In this document: piece by piece, positions 37,439 through 50,958 of the stretch | Numbering within the stretch: the stretch's first letter is position 1 | Layout of the letters: each line of letters opens with the position of its first letter | Assembly (NCBI RefSeq): GCF_001194135.2 | Contig: NC_068987.1 | Location: forward strand, 75,627,191-75,685,104 | Source: Octopus bimaculoides | Taxonomy: Eukaryota | Direction of reading: 5' to 3' | DNA: 57,914 nt | The notes under the pieces: generated by a model | Seen by the model: only the letters and a program-made list of their open reading frames with translations | What the model was told of the DNA's origin: nothing | Databases searched by the model: none | Program-made: the position numbers and the translations under genes

Positions 37439-39260
37439 TGTGTGTGTGTGGAAGGAGGCTAGTAAATGGTATATAAGGAAATGGGTGCGGAATAAAAGAT
37501 ATAAAGTGAAAAGAGCAACCACCCATCACGATTATGAGTTTTTACATTTAGGGAAACGTGGAAATGGGAAGTTGTGACGTGTACACGTTTCCCATGGGGC
37601 CCGGGCTTATAAACGAAATCAGTTGGCTCCAACAAGAATCAAAATTGAATTCCCTATAATGTGCGCAAAAAATTCATACCGTGCCACGTTTGCCCTCAGA
37701 CACCGGTTCAGTCCAATTCAACTTGGCTTGGATCTCGAGGACTTTTAGGTTTCGATGAAGACGATATTCCTTCACCACACCAACTGCAAGATTAGTAACC
37801 GAGGCAAGAAGGAACGAAATTAAATGCTAGAAAGCATCTAGTCCGGCATGTTACCTTTGCCAATCAGAATATTACTCTCTCACATAATAAGTAAAAGACT
37901 CGAATCTTCAGAGCACAAGATAATAAGTGGCTTCAAACGCCAAAAAAGCTTGCATTGCGGATTTTGGCTTGCCTATTGCTCAGTTATTGTTTAATGTTGC
38001 GTGATGTGACCTGGAAGGAAACCAATCTATTTGTTGTCTGCTTCATCTGCTAAAAATATGGATGAATGACTATCAAATTTTCCTCTATATTAGAAAAGAA
38101 GGCTACGTTGCATGACAGGAGAGAGATTGCACTACGTGCTCTGTATTTGCAAAATAGATCGAATAGTCACAGCCAGAATGCTGCTAATGATAATTCTACT
38201 CAGTGGAGCATCACTTAGAACTAATTTACTGCGGAGTGGAAATTAATGTTTTGTGGGAAACATACATTGCACAATAGATCTAGCGACATTATGTAAAGCA
38301 GGTTTCTGTCTGTCTGTCTGACTATCTGCTTCTGTCTCTTTCTCTCTGTCTGTCACTCTCTCTTTCTCTGTCTGTATGTCTGTCTGTTTGTCTCTTTCTC
38401 TGTGTCTCTGTCTCTGTTTCTCTGTTTCTCTATCTCTCTCTTTCTCTCTTTCTATCTCTCTCTCCTCCTCTCGGGAAAACAAAACTGGATTACGAACCAT
38501 ATTGTTGTTTGCGCGACCTCACCACCACCACCACCACCACCACCACCACCACCACTAATACCCCTCATCAATCCCCCCCCCACCACCAACGACAACAACT
38601 ACACAGAACGGCAACAACAACAATAGAAGCAACAACAACAACGTCCTGCTGGGGATAGCAGCTACATCTCCCTCAAACCTTGCCCCACTAAGTAATAATA
38701 TAAAAAAGACATGTTAGGTCTCAGCTAGTATGGTTTTTATTATGTTTGCTCAATCAAGGTTAAATACCACCACCATCAACACCACAATTACCACCACCGT
38801 ACACCGTCACCACCACTAATAACATCAACAACAACAAGAACAACAACAAGAGAAACAACGGCGAGAACTAATCGATGGAAAGTACTCTTGTAACATCAGT
38901 AGAGTGTATCCATGCGCAATGTCAACATTTTACAGTAAGTCAGTCGAGGGAAACGTTTGAGCGATGGATTAAGGGAATCGGTTACATATTAAATGTCTCT
39001 GCAAACGATTTTCAAAGACTTGGGAGGAAATTTGATGGAATTTCTTGTCTGGAAATTCAGATCAAGTTTTCATTCTTTGTTCCTCTCTTTTAACTCTCAT
39101 AATTAAGACCATTCTTGAATGCCATCTTTAATGGTGGTCTTTCTTTTTTCTAGCTTTTTTTCCCTTCATATTTAGTTTTACTAGTTTGTAGAGCAATTGG
39201 TCGAAACAGATTGATCTACTGTGGTTATATGCCTTTGTAGATATTTGATCTGGGATATCA

Positions 39261-39660
39261 AATGTATGTATGTATGTATGTATGTATGTATGTATGTATG
39301 TATGTATGTATGTATGTATGTACGTATGTATGTACGTATGTATGTATGTACGTATGTATGTATGTATGTGTGTGTGTATGTATGTGTGTGTATGTATGCA
39401 TGCATGTATGTATGCATATATGCATGTACGTGTATGTGTATATATGTGTGTATGTATGTGTATGTATGCATGTACGTAAGTAGGTAAGAATGTATGCATG
39501 TATGTATGTATATATACATGCATGCATGTATGTCTGTCTGCATGTATGTATATGAATGTCTGCATGTATATATGTGTGAATGTAAGTGTGTAAGAATGTA
39601 TGTATGTTCGAATACGTCATTATGTAAATAAGTATGTGCATATTATGTATGCATGCTTAT
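39261..39660. repeat. Long degenerate (TATG)n microsatellite
   Basis: Direct reading. Confidence 0.9.
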
Positions 39661-39669
39661 GTAAATAAT

Positions 39670-40123
39670 TTGTAGTGTTCTTGAGCAAAACACTTCATTT
39701 CACGTAGCTCCAGTCCACTCAGCTGGCAAAAATGAGTAACGCTGCGATGGACTGGTGTCCCGTCCAGCTGGGGAACACATACGCCATTGAAACCGGGAAA
39801 CCGGGCCCATGAGCCTGGCTAGGCTTTAAAAGGATGCAAGTGGATGCGCAATGGCCCAGTGGTTAGGGCAGCGGTCGGAGGATTGCGGTTTCGATTTCCA
39901 GACCGGGCGTTGTGAATGTTAATTGAGCGAAAACACCTAAAGCTCCACGTGGCTCCGGCAGGGGATTGTGGCGATCCCTGCTGTACTCTTTCACCACAAC
40001 TTTCTCTCACTCTTTCTTCCTGTTTCTTGAGTAACGCTGAGATGGATTGGCGTCTCGTCCAGCTGGAGGGAACACATACGTCATAGAAACCGGGCCCATG
40101 AGCCTGGCTAGGCTTTGAAAGGG
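39670..40123 (+). mobile_element. Composite SINE locus: CORE-like SINE 3' part followed by a family C head carrying the same alternative tail
   Basis: GTGTTCTTGAGCAAAACACTT (CORE-like) at 39675. The tail GAGTAACGCTG.GATGGA.TGG.GTC.CGTCCAGCTGG...GGCTAGGCTTT occurs at 39734-39832 and 40029-40123. Confidence 0.75.
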
Positions 40124-40125
40124 CA

Positions 40126-40240
40126 CGACGGACTTCTTTCAGGTTCTGTCTTCCAGATTCACCCACTAGGCTTTGGTCGGCCCCTAGCTATAGCAGAAAA
40201 ATATCCTTAAGGTGCCACTCAGTGGGACTGAGCCCGAAAC
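40126..40240 (-). mobile_element. SINE family A, diverged fragment
   Basis: CGACGGACTTCTTTCAG...GGCTTTGGTCGGCCC...GGTGCCACTCAGTGGGACTGA. Confidence 0.7.
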
Positions 40241-40466
40241 GGGGTCTTAACTGCTCTGATATTAAACTATTTACTACAGTCAATATATGACGAAGGCTAA
40301 GGGGGCGTATATGCCTTAATATTATACTATTTTTTTATAGTCAATATACGATTAACTTTTATAATTCTATTTACAAAATGTATGCATATATTGAAGATAG
40401 AATGTTAGCACATATGTTCGCCCATGAGATCACATATGCATATAAACACACGCTCACACACAAACA

Positions 40467-40518
<52 letters not shown>

Positions 40519-40654
40519 ATATTACGTATATGCATACACCTACACTATAATAAATGATTATATGCAAAAACTGCTTCTCGATGCGGATATGAAGTAGCAT
40601 ACTCATACATTAATACCGAATTAAAAATAAAAAGGTCCCAATTCATTTCAAATA

Positions 40655-40688
<34 letters not shown>

Positions 40689-41416
40689 NNNNNNNNNNNN
40701 NNNNNNNNNNNNNNNNNNNNNNNNNNNNNNNNNNNNNNNNNNNNNNNNNNNNNNNNNNNNNNNNNNNNNNNNNNNNNNNNNNNNNNNNNNNNNNNNNNNN
40801 NNNNNNNNNNNNNNNNNNNNNNNNNNNNNNNNNNNNNNNNNNNNNNNNNNNNNNNNNNNNNNNNNNNNNNNNNNNNNNNNNNNNNNNNNNNNNNNNNNNN
40901 NNNNNNNNNNNNNNNNNNNNNNNNNNNNNNNNNNNNNNNNNNNNNNNNNNNNNNNNNNNNNNNNNNNNNNNNNNNNNNNNNNNNNNNNNNNNNNNNNNNN
41001 NNNNNNNNNNNNNNNNNNNNNNNNNNNNNNNNNNNNNNNNNNNNNNNNNNNNNNNNNNNNNNNNNNNNNNNNNNNNNNNNNNNNNNNNNNNNNNNNNNNN
41101 NNNNNNNNNNNNNNNNNNNNNNNNNNNNNNNNNNNNNNCTGTATGATGAGGAGGAAGCATATCTTGCGAACGCCGACGAAGGGAAATAACCCTGAAATCC
41201 GGATACGTTCGTGCTGCTGATCGAGGTGAGAGGGATAACTTCCCTTGGCAAACAGGACACAGTCGTGTGTCGATAAGCCAGCTGGAGGAGATGTCCTCCT
41301 TGGGCTAAAAGCAACAGTAACATCCACCCCTAGGGGTCAGCCACACTTAAGTGGCAATATACTACACTTTATCGTGCAGTTACTGTTAATACTTCATTTA
41401 GAGAATTAACATTGCT

Positions 41417-41444
<28 letters not shown>

Positions 41445-41451
<7 letters not shown>

Positions 41452-41890
41452 TATGTACGCATATATCTGGTCTTCCCATAAGTAATGTACGGACTTCTCT
41501 TATTTTCAATTTGTAAATGCTTTAATGATATTTTAGAATGTCTACTGTCATCATATAATATTTATATGTATTTGGACATATTCAGACTAATTAAATTTCA
41601 TTTTGTAGGATAATGTAATTCAAATTTCGTTAATTATAGCTCTTCAAACATGTGAGTGTCTAACGAGCATTTGAGTTACATTATGTTTTATGAGTTTGAA
41701 ATATAGAACTCTGCAGCTGAAGCGACTCGAAATATTCACTCGGTTTATGAAGAAGAGTGCCTGAATGAAAGAGCTTGCAAAAGATAGTTGTAAAATTCAG
41801 AAGTGAGATTTCAGCCTTGAAGATGAGCCCCAAACAAGACGTCCCCTTGAGTTTGGTGACAAGCTCCTTTTGGCAAAGATTGCCTGACAG
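41445..41890 (+). mobile_element. Mariner transposon 5' fragment: TIR plus N-terminal HTH of transposase
   Basis: TATCTGGTCTTCCCATAAGTAATG resembles Hsmar1-type TIRs. Peptide EHLSYIMFYEF..NSAAEATRNIHSVYEEECLNER.C.R / FSLEDEP..RRPLEF. Confidence 0.85.
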
Positions 41891-42159
41891 CACACGGCAC
41901 ACTATACAGGCTCGTCCGATTATAGTATTAGTTATATATGGAAATTATAGTACCTCAATTCTATGTATATTAAATAAAATTTATCTCTAGGACGATGGAG
42001 CGTCTTTTGATTGATCTCGCCAGTTAACGAAATAATATACTATACTGGCCCTCCACTCATGACCAATGAAGACCATCACTACCTTTAAGAACGCTATGCT
42101 CTCAGACAAGTATTGCTTTTCTAATTGATCTGCCATAAGACTGTAGTTTCAAGTCTTGA

Positions 42160-42305
42160 ACAGGGCAGTGCATTGTGTCCTTGAGTAAAACACTTGATTT
42201 CACTTTGTTCCAGTTCACTCAGCTAGAAAAATTAAGTATTCCTGCGCCAGACCCGTGTTCCGTCCAATGGCAGTGTATACGCCATAGAACCCGGGAAACC
42301 GGCTT
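42160..42305 (+). mobile_element. Diverged CORE-like SINE fragment related to 39670-39830
   Basis: TTGTGTCCTTGAGTAAAACACTTGATTTCAC...CACTCAGCT...GGGAAACCGG. Confidence 0.65.
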
Positions 42306-42351
42306 TATAAGGGTATGTCTCAGTAAGGGCATTTGATCCTTTCTTTGATGC

Positions 42352-42388
<37 letters not shown>

Positions 42389-42420
42389 TATATATACAAA
42401 TCTGTGTGTGTGAGGGTACG

Positions 42421-42495
<75 letters not shown>

Positions 42496-43628
42496 GTGTG
42501 TGTGTGAAAGTATGTAAATATATCTATCTGTCTGTCTATCCATGTATATATGTGTGTGTATGTTGGTCGGTATGTATGTAAAAAGACTGAATGTTTAAAG
42601 TATACGGGCACATACATATGCGTCATGTCAATGTAAGCATGTATATAAGGAAGCTTACTTTTCTCTATCTATCTCTAGTTAACAGTATGTATGTATGCAT
42701 AAATATTATATACGTATGCGTGTAAGCCTTTGCATCAAAGGGAGTGTTTCTGCTCATATGTGTGTTTTGTGAGAGCTCCAAGAACATATTGTTGCAGAAA
42801 GGCGGATAGTATTCTTTAATATAAACAAAATCGGTCTTCTTTCAAAACAGGAAATATCTAAGAATGGCCTTTATACAAAATTCTTGCGTATATTTATTCC
42901 TCGATTTGCCCAATGAAATGTCAAGTAAGTATTAATTTCCACAGATAGGATTCCTTATTTTATTTTTTCTTCTATTTCCCCCCTTAGATCAACAAAGAAA
43001 CGACTATATTTCGGCTACGAGAGAAACACGATTAACTTCTCAAATTGCTCTCATCAGAAATTCATATATATTATGAAGTAAACAGATTTTGGCTGTAATA
43101 GCTTCTATATTTTTCGGTTTAAATCCATCACACAGTTTATTTCAATCAAATTTCCTCTCTATTTCATGACTGTTGTTGTTGTTGTTGTTCGTATTTTTCA
43201 TTTATTTAATTTTTACTTATATCATTTCTCTTCCACGTTTACACATATTTTTTTAAAAACTCAAGATGAAAGGGAATATGACTTAGAACTTCTTTTTTTA
43301 TGATATTTTATTGCTGTATCGTTGAGAAGAAGTTAAAAAAACACATATTTAAAAATATTTGAAAACGTAATCCTCCCTTATGCATCCTTTCATTATCCTG
43401 CGGCGTCTACATACGACCATATGTGTGCGCGTATGTTTATACATGTGTGAGGATGTATGTATGGATATGAATGAATGCAGGATTATTGTTCGCATGTGTG
43501 CATCTAGGATGTCTGTGTGATACATGGGTGGATTTGTGTGTGTATAATCGTTTCTGAGTGTGTGTATTTGTGAACACTGTTCTTAGTATTTTACTACACG
43601 TTTTATACTTCATAATGTACATTGATTA

Positions 43629-43680
<52 letters not shown>

Positions 43681-44460
43681 ATGTTTGTCTGTTTGTCTGT
43701 TTGTCTGTTTGTCTGTCTATCTGTCTGTAATGCATCTCCCTCTATCTCTTTCGCTCTTTATCTATTGGGCAATAATTTTGTCACGAGTATTTCCATGTAT
43801 GTTATAAGTGTATTTCCTATGCTGCACCTAAATATGAAATTATCAGGTTTAGATTTCTTGCGATATTATATTCATTCTTTCTTCTTTTAACATAATCATC
43901 CAATGAAAAATTACATTAAATTAATGAATATAAATCCAATTAAGAATATTAATATACATTGCTGTAATTTTCATGGAAAATTAGTGCAATTTATTTCTTT
44001 GAGAGGAAAAGTCTGACAGTGATGGGCGGTAAAATTTGGTTAGGCCAGCAGACTTGGTAATGTTGGAACTTGATTAGATCTGCTCAGACATGAGCATAGT
44101 GTCTATGTCTAGAGCAACATAGTGTCTATGTCTAGAGCAAGTCAGTTTCATTGTAAATACAACAGTGTTGCTATTTAGTGTTGCTCATTGTTTATTTTAC
44201 ACCATCGTTGAAGGAAGACATCATGGCTATAAACAAGAAACTGGAGTGTTTAGGAAAGTGATTTCATGCAAATCAGTTGGATAATTTTTTTGTTTTCTCT
44301 TCCTTTCTGAATGCGGTGTAGAATGACTGTATGTGTCGCAGCAGTAGCATCATAGGTATGGGAATAGTATTCAATTGAAGAGCTACAGAAAAAGATAGCA
44401 ACTTTTATATGACTATAGATAGGTTGGTAGTAACATAATTTTATATCATTGTATTGCATA

Positions 44461-44662
44461 TATAATATAACGATGCAGGGGGAAGAAAGTAGATACGCGA
44501 CGCAAAAGTATTTCTATTACGCGAGAATGAGCGCTCTCAATCACAGCTCACAGTGAACTGCTACCAACTCGAACTGCCAATCGCTCACAGTTCTCCACTC
44601 TGTAATAATGAGTCAGTCCACCGTTTAGTCACTTGAGAGGTGGTCAGAATCCTTCCACAACA
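44461..44662 (+). repeat. About 200-bp interspersed repeat, possibly solo-LTR-like
   Basis: Second copy of 15296-15486; ends in ACAACA. Confidence 0.65.
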
Positions 44663-44789
44663 CATAATTAATGCAGAAATAATTAAAAGCTATTTTGAAA
44701 TAATTATTGTTGAGAGGAAAAAATTCGATTAGTTATTGAACAATATAATTTCGAGTTGTTAGGCAATTACGACAAATAACTACAAAGAC

Positions 44790-44958
44790 AACGAGCAGGC
44801 GGAATCATGCTGAGTTCAAAATCCACCGAGTTTGACTTTACCTTTCATCCTTTCGGGTTTGATAAAATAAGTACCAGCCGATCACTGAGGTCGACGTAAT
44901 CGACTCGTCCCCTCCCACCAAAATTTCAGGCCTTGTGCCTATAATAGGAAGGATTATT
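44790..44958 (+). mobile_element. SINE family B
   Basis: GAGTTCAAAATCCACCGAG...CTTTCATCCTTTCGGG...GGCCTTGTGCCTATAATAGGAAGGATTATT. Confidence 0.8.
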
Positions 44959-45589
44959 AGTCCTCTACTGCAAAATTTAACCTTCGTTTGTTGTACATGT
45001 GAAAGTAGTAATGAGAGAATCACTAAGTTTTAGGGCATTTGTAGTTCAAGTTTGACCAATACATCTGCACATGGATATAAAAGCCTGGGTAGGTATTTTT
45101 AAGGAGTGAAAGGCCGCCAATTTGAACCTATACAGCTTGCTAACAGTGATGTTGCAGGCGTTGCTGTTAGAACTCAAAGAATCACAAAAGATATTACTAA
45201 ACATCCCTTCTGACTCCCTAATAGTCCTGCCAATCCAAAAGAATGAAAAGTAAAGTTTTCCACAACAGTATTTGAACTGAGATCGCAGGAGAGCTTGAAA
45301 ATATGCCGTGGAGCTTTTTGTACGACGTCCAAACGACACAGCCAGTTCGCCATCTTGAATAGCTAAGTAGACTATTCGATTACATTTAGTAAGTCTATCA
45401 CAAGATTGAGTGTAGAAAGTAGAAAACTAGAATATGTTAGGGAATAAACTAAACAGAGACTCCAGCTGTATAAGAAAGCATATGTATGTATGTATGTATG
45501 CATGCATGTATGTATGTATGTATGCATGTATGTATGTATGTATGTGCATATACACACAAAGACATACAAACACATACACACACGCGTAT

Positions 45590-45709
45590 AGATAGATAGA
45601 CAAATTGATAAATGGATAGATAAATAGATAAATAAATAAATAGTTAAATGGATAGATAAATAAATAGATAAATAAACAAATAGATAGATAGACAGACAGA
45701 CAGATAGAC

Positions 45710-45764
<55 letters not shown>

Positions 45765-45765
45765 C
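45590..45765. repeat. (GATA)n/(AATA)n/(GACA)n compound microsatellite
   Basis: Direct reading. Confidence 0.9.
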
Positions 45766-46472
45766 AGTGATAGCTTATCTAATACTGAGTGAATAAAAAA
45801 GTTGCACTGTTGCCGAAAGAATCACAGCAAAATTAGTGATAATTGATATTCATAATTATTTGCATTTAGATTTTTCAGGTATTTATTACAGCCGAAACAG
45901 AATAAGCCGGTTTGTTTTTCATTAATATTTTAAATATATGAATATTTTAAATATATGAATATTTGTATTAAATTATATGTATCAATATGCCTCGTTATTT
46001 AAAAGCCCTACTGTTCATAATTTAAATGCGACATTTTATATTCTAAGTTAAAATCGAACTGGCGATCATTTTTCTCTCGACCTAAAGTATATCGAGAAAA
46101 TCTATACCAGTCATATACTGTGTAGTTTCTAACAACTAAAGCCCTTAACTACAGATTATGGCCCTGTGCCATATCAGAAAATCATATTTAATTTGTTACC
46201 AAAGAGATTTATCGTGTATTTCTAAAAATATTTCATTATAAACATCGTAGATTATCTGTATGATGGTGAATTGGCAGAGTTTTTTGAGGGTTGGATAAGA
46301 ATCCTTGAAGTATTTATCCCTGTTTTCTAAACTGTTAGTTCCAATTCCATCGGGGTTAGCATTGCTTTGAGGTAGATGAAGTATCGGACAAGTACTAAAT
46401 TAAATTCTTTGTTTTTATTTTTCGCTCTTTCTCTTTCTTAGAAATACTTATAGGTGACAAGATGGTGTCTTA

Positions 46473-46834
46473 TTGTTGTTGGCACTCCGTCGCTTACGAC
46501 GTCGAGGGTTCCAGTTGATCCGATCAACGGAACAGCTTGCTCGTGAAATTAACGTGCAAGTGGCTGAGCACTCCACAGACACGTGCACCCTTAACGTAGT
46601 TCTCGGGGATATTCAGTGTGACACAGTGTGACAAGGCTGACCCTTTGAATTACAGGCACAACAGAAACAGGAAGAAAGAGTGAGAGAAAGTTGTGGTGAA
46701 ATAGTACAGCTGGGTTCGCCACCATCCCCTGCCGGAGCCTCGTGGAACTTTAGGTGTTTTCGCTCAATAAACATTCACAACGCCCGATCTGGGAATCGAA
46801 ACCGCGATCCTACGCCCGCTAGTCCGCTGCCCTA
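46473..46834 (-). mobile_element. SINE family C (head runs into gap)
   Basis: Reverse complement of 49990-50330; nearly identical to 52345-52672. Confidence 0.9.
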
Positions 46835-48092
46835 NNNNNNNNNNNNNNNNNNNNNNNNNNNNNNNNNNNNNNNNNNNNNNNNNNNNNNNNNNNNNNNNNN
46901 NNNNNNNNNNNNNNNNNNNNNNNNNNNNNNNNNNNNNNNNNNNNNNNNNNNNNNNNNNNNNNNNNNNNNNNNNNNNNNNNNNNNNNNNNNNNNNNNNNNN
47001 NNNNNNNNNNNNNNNNNNNNNNNNNNNNNNNNNNNNNNNNNNNNNNNNNNNNNNNNNNNNNNNNNNNNNNNNNNNNNNNNNNNNNNNNNNNNNNNNNNNN
47101 NNNNNNNNNNNNNNNNNNNNNNNNNNNNNNNNNNNNNNNNNNNNNNNNNNNNNNNNNNNNNNNNNNNNNNNNNNNNNNNNNNNNNNNNNNNNAAAAATGA
47201 AAATAACTTTCCCACTGTTATGCTGGTATTTGGAATGTAAATTGAATTGAAATTTTGATAAAAGATTTTAATTTAGACCACTTTAAAGCAAGATGTTAGC
47301 ATCAAACGACAATGGTGCGGTCTTGGGCGGTTCGTATCAAAAGGGTTATTCAGTTATGTTTCCTTGATAAAAATCTTCACTGTGATTGAAATAGCTGATA
47401 CAAAAGTTCTTGAAATAAAATGAAAACACACATGCGCGCAGATACACACACTGCCTCACGCATGCACACATACATAAACACGCACAGGGAGTGAGTGAGT
47501 GAGTGAGTGAGTGAGAGAGAGTGAGAGAGGGAAAGGGAGAGAGAGCGAGGGAGAGAAAAGACCGTTTATTCTATTATGGTTCTTAAAAGTATTCTTAAGT
47601 TATCGTAAAACGTTTCAAAGTAAATGTAATTCACAAACACAATAACTTATTTTTGAAAACCATTAAATAGGAGGAATCCAGCTTCAAATATTAAAAAACG
47701 ATAAAAATTGTAATATTTTCAAAACGATTGTTTAATTACTCAAGACAATAAATCATTGGTATTACAGATTTCTTCATTTCATTTCTCTTTCTTTCTTTTC
47801 TTTTCTTTCTTTCTTTCTTTCTCTGTTTCTCCACCTCTCTCTTCCTCTCTCTATATCAGTTCGGTGTTAAATATAGTCTTCATAGGAACGATAAAAATAT
47901 GTACTTGAGGTAGTTGTTTAACCTCAGATGTCCCGATCTTGTTGATACATGTAACCACCATCTCGTTTTCGATTTCAGTAGAATCTCGGTTCGATATAAT
48001 CGACTTAATCCGTTTGTCTGTCTTTGTTTGTCCCCTATGTGTGTAGCCCCTTGTGGGCAGTAAAGAAATAACACTCATTATTTCCTCCTTCT

Positions 48093-48831
48093 AAGGCGGC
48101 GAGCTGGTAGACACGTTAGCACGCCGGGCAAAATGCTTAGTGGTATTTCTTCTGCCGTTACGTTCTGAGTTCAAATACCGCCGAGGTCGACTTTGCCTTT
48201 CATCTTTTCGGAGTCGGTTAAATAAGTACCAGTTACGCACTGAGGTCGATGTAATCGACTTAATCCCATTGTTTGTCCCCTCTATGTTTAGCCCCTTGTG
48301 GGCAACAAAGAAATAAGAAACGTTAGCACACCTGCCGGAATCCTTAGCGGTATTTTGGCTGCCGTTACGTTCTGAGTTCAAATTAGGCTGAGGTCGACTT
48401 AGCCTTTCATCCTTTCGGGGTCAATGAAATAAGTACCAGTTAGGCACTGGAGTCGATGTAATCGACTTAATAGCTTTGTCTGTCCTTGTTTGTCCCCTCA
48501 ATGTTTAGCCTCCTGTGGGTAATAAAGAAATAAGAAACGTTAGCACACCGGACGAAATGCTTAGCGGTATTTCGTGTCTTTACGTTCTGAGTTTAAATTC
48601 CGCCGAGGTCGACTTTGCTTTTCATCCTTTCGGAGTCGATAAATTATGTACCAGCTGCGTACTGGTTCGATCTAATCGACTGGCCCCCTCCCCTCAAATT
48701 TCGGGCCTTGTGCCTAGAGAAAAGAATATATTCTTTATTACTTTAAGGCAGCGAGCTGGCAGAATCTTAACGCGCCGGACGAAATGTTTTACGGCACTTC
48801 GTCCACCTTTATGAGCTTAGTTCAAATTCTA
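48093..48831 (+). repeat. Head-to-tail array of SINE family B units
   Basis: Units start at about 48093, 48319, 48537 and 48745; a further tail precedes them at about 47990-48070. Confidence 0.85.
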
Positions 48832-49524
48832 NNNNNNNNNNNNNNNNNNNNNNNNNNNNNNNNNNNNNNNNNNNNNNNNNNNNNNNNNNNNNNNNNNNNN
48901 NNNNNNNNNNNNNNNNNNNNNNNNNNNNNNNNNNNNNNNNNNNNNNNNNNNNNNNNNNNNNNNNNNNNNNNNNNNNNNNNNNNNNNNNNNNNNNNNNNNN
49001 NNNNNNNNNNNNNNNNNNNNNNNNNNNNNNNNNNNNNNNNNNNNNNNNNNNNNNNNNNNNNNNNNNNNNNNNNNNNNNNNNNNNNNNNNNNNNNNNNNNN
49101 NNNNNNNNNNNNNNNNNNNNNNNNNNNNNNNNNNNNNNNNNNNNNNNNNNNNNNNNNNNNNNNNNNNNNNNNNNNNNNNNNNNNNNNNNNNNNNNNNNNN
49201 NNNNNNNNNNNNNNNNNNNNNNNNNNNNNNNNNNNNNNNNNNNNNNNNNNNNNNNNNNNNNNNNNNNNNNNNNNNNNNNNNNNNNNNNNNNNNNNNNNNN
49301 NNNNNNNNNNNNNNNNNNNNNNNNNNNNNNNNNNNNNNNNNNNNNNNNNNNNNNNNNNNNNNNNNNNNNNNNNNNNNNNNNNNNNNNNNNNNNNNNNNNN
49401 NNNNNNNNNNNNNNNNNNNNNNNNNNNNNNNNNNNNNNNNNNNNNNNNNNNNNNNNNNNNNNNNNNNNNNNNNNNNNNNNNNNNNNNNNNNNNNNNNNNN
49501 NNNNNNNNNNNNNNNNNNNNNNNN

Positions 49525-49544
<20 letters not shown>

Positions 49545-49560
<16 letters not shown>

Positions 49561-49721
49561 CGACGGGCTTCTTTCTGTTTTTGTTTACCAAATACACTCA
49601 TAAGGCTTTGATCGGCTCCAGGCTATATTAGAAGACACTTGCCCAAGGTGCCACGCAGTGCAACTGAACCCGGAACCATGTGGTTGAGAAACAAGCTTCT
49701 CACCACACAGCCACGCCTGTG
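49545..49721 (-). mobile_element. SINE family A, 5' half (3' part in gap)
   Basis: AGAAGACACTTGCCCAAGGTGCCACGCAGTG...ACCACACAGCCACGCCTG. Confidence 0.85.
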
Positions 49722-49989
49722 CATATAATGTACCCTTCATTTAAGACCATAGACGTGATTCGGGACACATTTAGTTACTATTTCTTTCACATCATACGGC
49801 AACATAGGCTCTCTATCATTAGCTTGAATACACTGTATGTACGTATACATATATGCACATCTGTATATATATATATATGTATATGTATGTGTATACACAC
49901 ACAAAGACACACAAACACACGCACATGTATAGATAGACAGACAGATAGATAAATGGATAGATAGACTGAGGCGTATCACTACCTCCGTG

Positions 49990-50330
49990 GAGGTGCAATG
50001 GCCCAGTTAGGGCAGCGGACTCGCGGTCTTAGGATCGTGGTTTCGATTCCCAGACCAGGAGTTGTGAGTGTTTATTGAGCGAAAACGCCTAAAGCTCCAC
50101 GAGACCCTGCTGTACTCTTTCACCACAACTTTCTTTCTGTTGTATCTGTATTTCAAAAAGGGCCAGCCTCGTCCCACTCTGTGTCACGCTGAATCTCTCC
50201 GAGAACTACGTTAAGGGGTACACGTGTGTGTGGAGTGCTCAACCACTTGCACGTTAATTTCACGAGCAGGCTGTTCCGTTGATCGGATCAACTGGAACAC
50301 TCGTCGTCGTAACCGACCGAGTGCCAACAA
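49990..50330 (+). mobile_element. tRNA-derived SINE family C, full length, with 14-bp target-site duplication
   Basis: A box TGGCCCAGTTAG, B box GGTTTCGATTCCC and tail GTGCCAACAA. ATCACTACCTCCGT occurs at 49975-49988 and 50330-50343. Confidence 0.92.
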
Positions 50331-50741
50331 TCACTACCTCCGTTTCTTCCTTACTCACATTTTCTCAGTCACTCAGTTATTCATTAACTCCTTCCCTCCT
50401 TCGCTCAAGGACTATCTCGTTCCTTCATGCATTCACTCCTTCGAGGATTCACTCACTCAGACGCTTACTTATTCCCACTTGCATTCAGTCTGCTTGTGCA
50501 CTCACTCATTCGCTGACTCAAGCGGTCGGTCACGAATTCTCACGCTCCCTCATTTACGCATTCGTTCACTTCTATCATGTATTTACTCATTCACGCTCTC
50601 ACTCACTCCTTCGTTGATTAACTGATTGACTTACTCAATCACTTACAACCTCCTTCACTGCCTCATTCACTTATTCTCCTCTTCCTCCTCCTCCTCTGTC
50701 TCTCTCCCTACTTATTTGCACAATCATCATTTCCTCCTTCT

Positions 50742-50958
50742 AAGGCGGTGAGCTGGCAGAATCGTTAGCACGCCGGGCGAAATGCTTAGCGGTATTTCAT
50801 CTGTCTTTACGTTTTGAGTTCAAACTCCGCCGACGTCGACTTCGCTTTTCATCCTTTCGGGGTCGATAAATTAAGTACCAGTTGCGTACTAGTGTCAATC
50901 TAATCGATTGGCTCCTTCTTCAAAAATTTCGGGCCTTGTGCCTAGAGTAGAAAAGATT
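50742..50958 (+). mobile_element. SINE family B, full length, flanked by a 12-bp direct repeat
   Basis: ATTTCCTCCTTC at 50729-50740 and 50959-50970. Confidence 0.9.

Noticed and set aside
37600-37630. TATAAA followed by a TCAGTT initiator-like motif
   Set aside because: Spacing is only about 12 nt, far from the usual 25-30 nt.
44096-44140. 22-23 bp tandem duplication CATAGTGTCTATGTCTAGAGCAA
   Set aside because: Ordinary slippage duplication with no further structure.
48093-48831. CRISPR-like array
   Set aside because: Units are 200-225 bp SINE copies in a eukaryotic context, with no repeat-spacer structure or cas genes.
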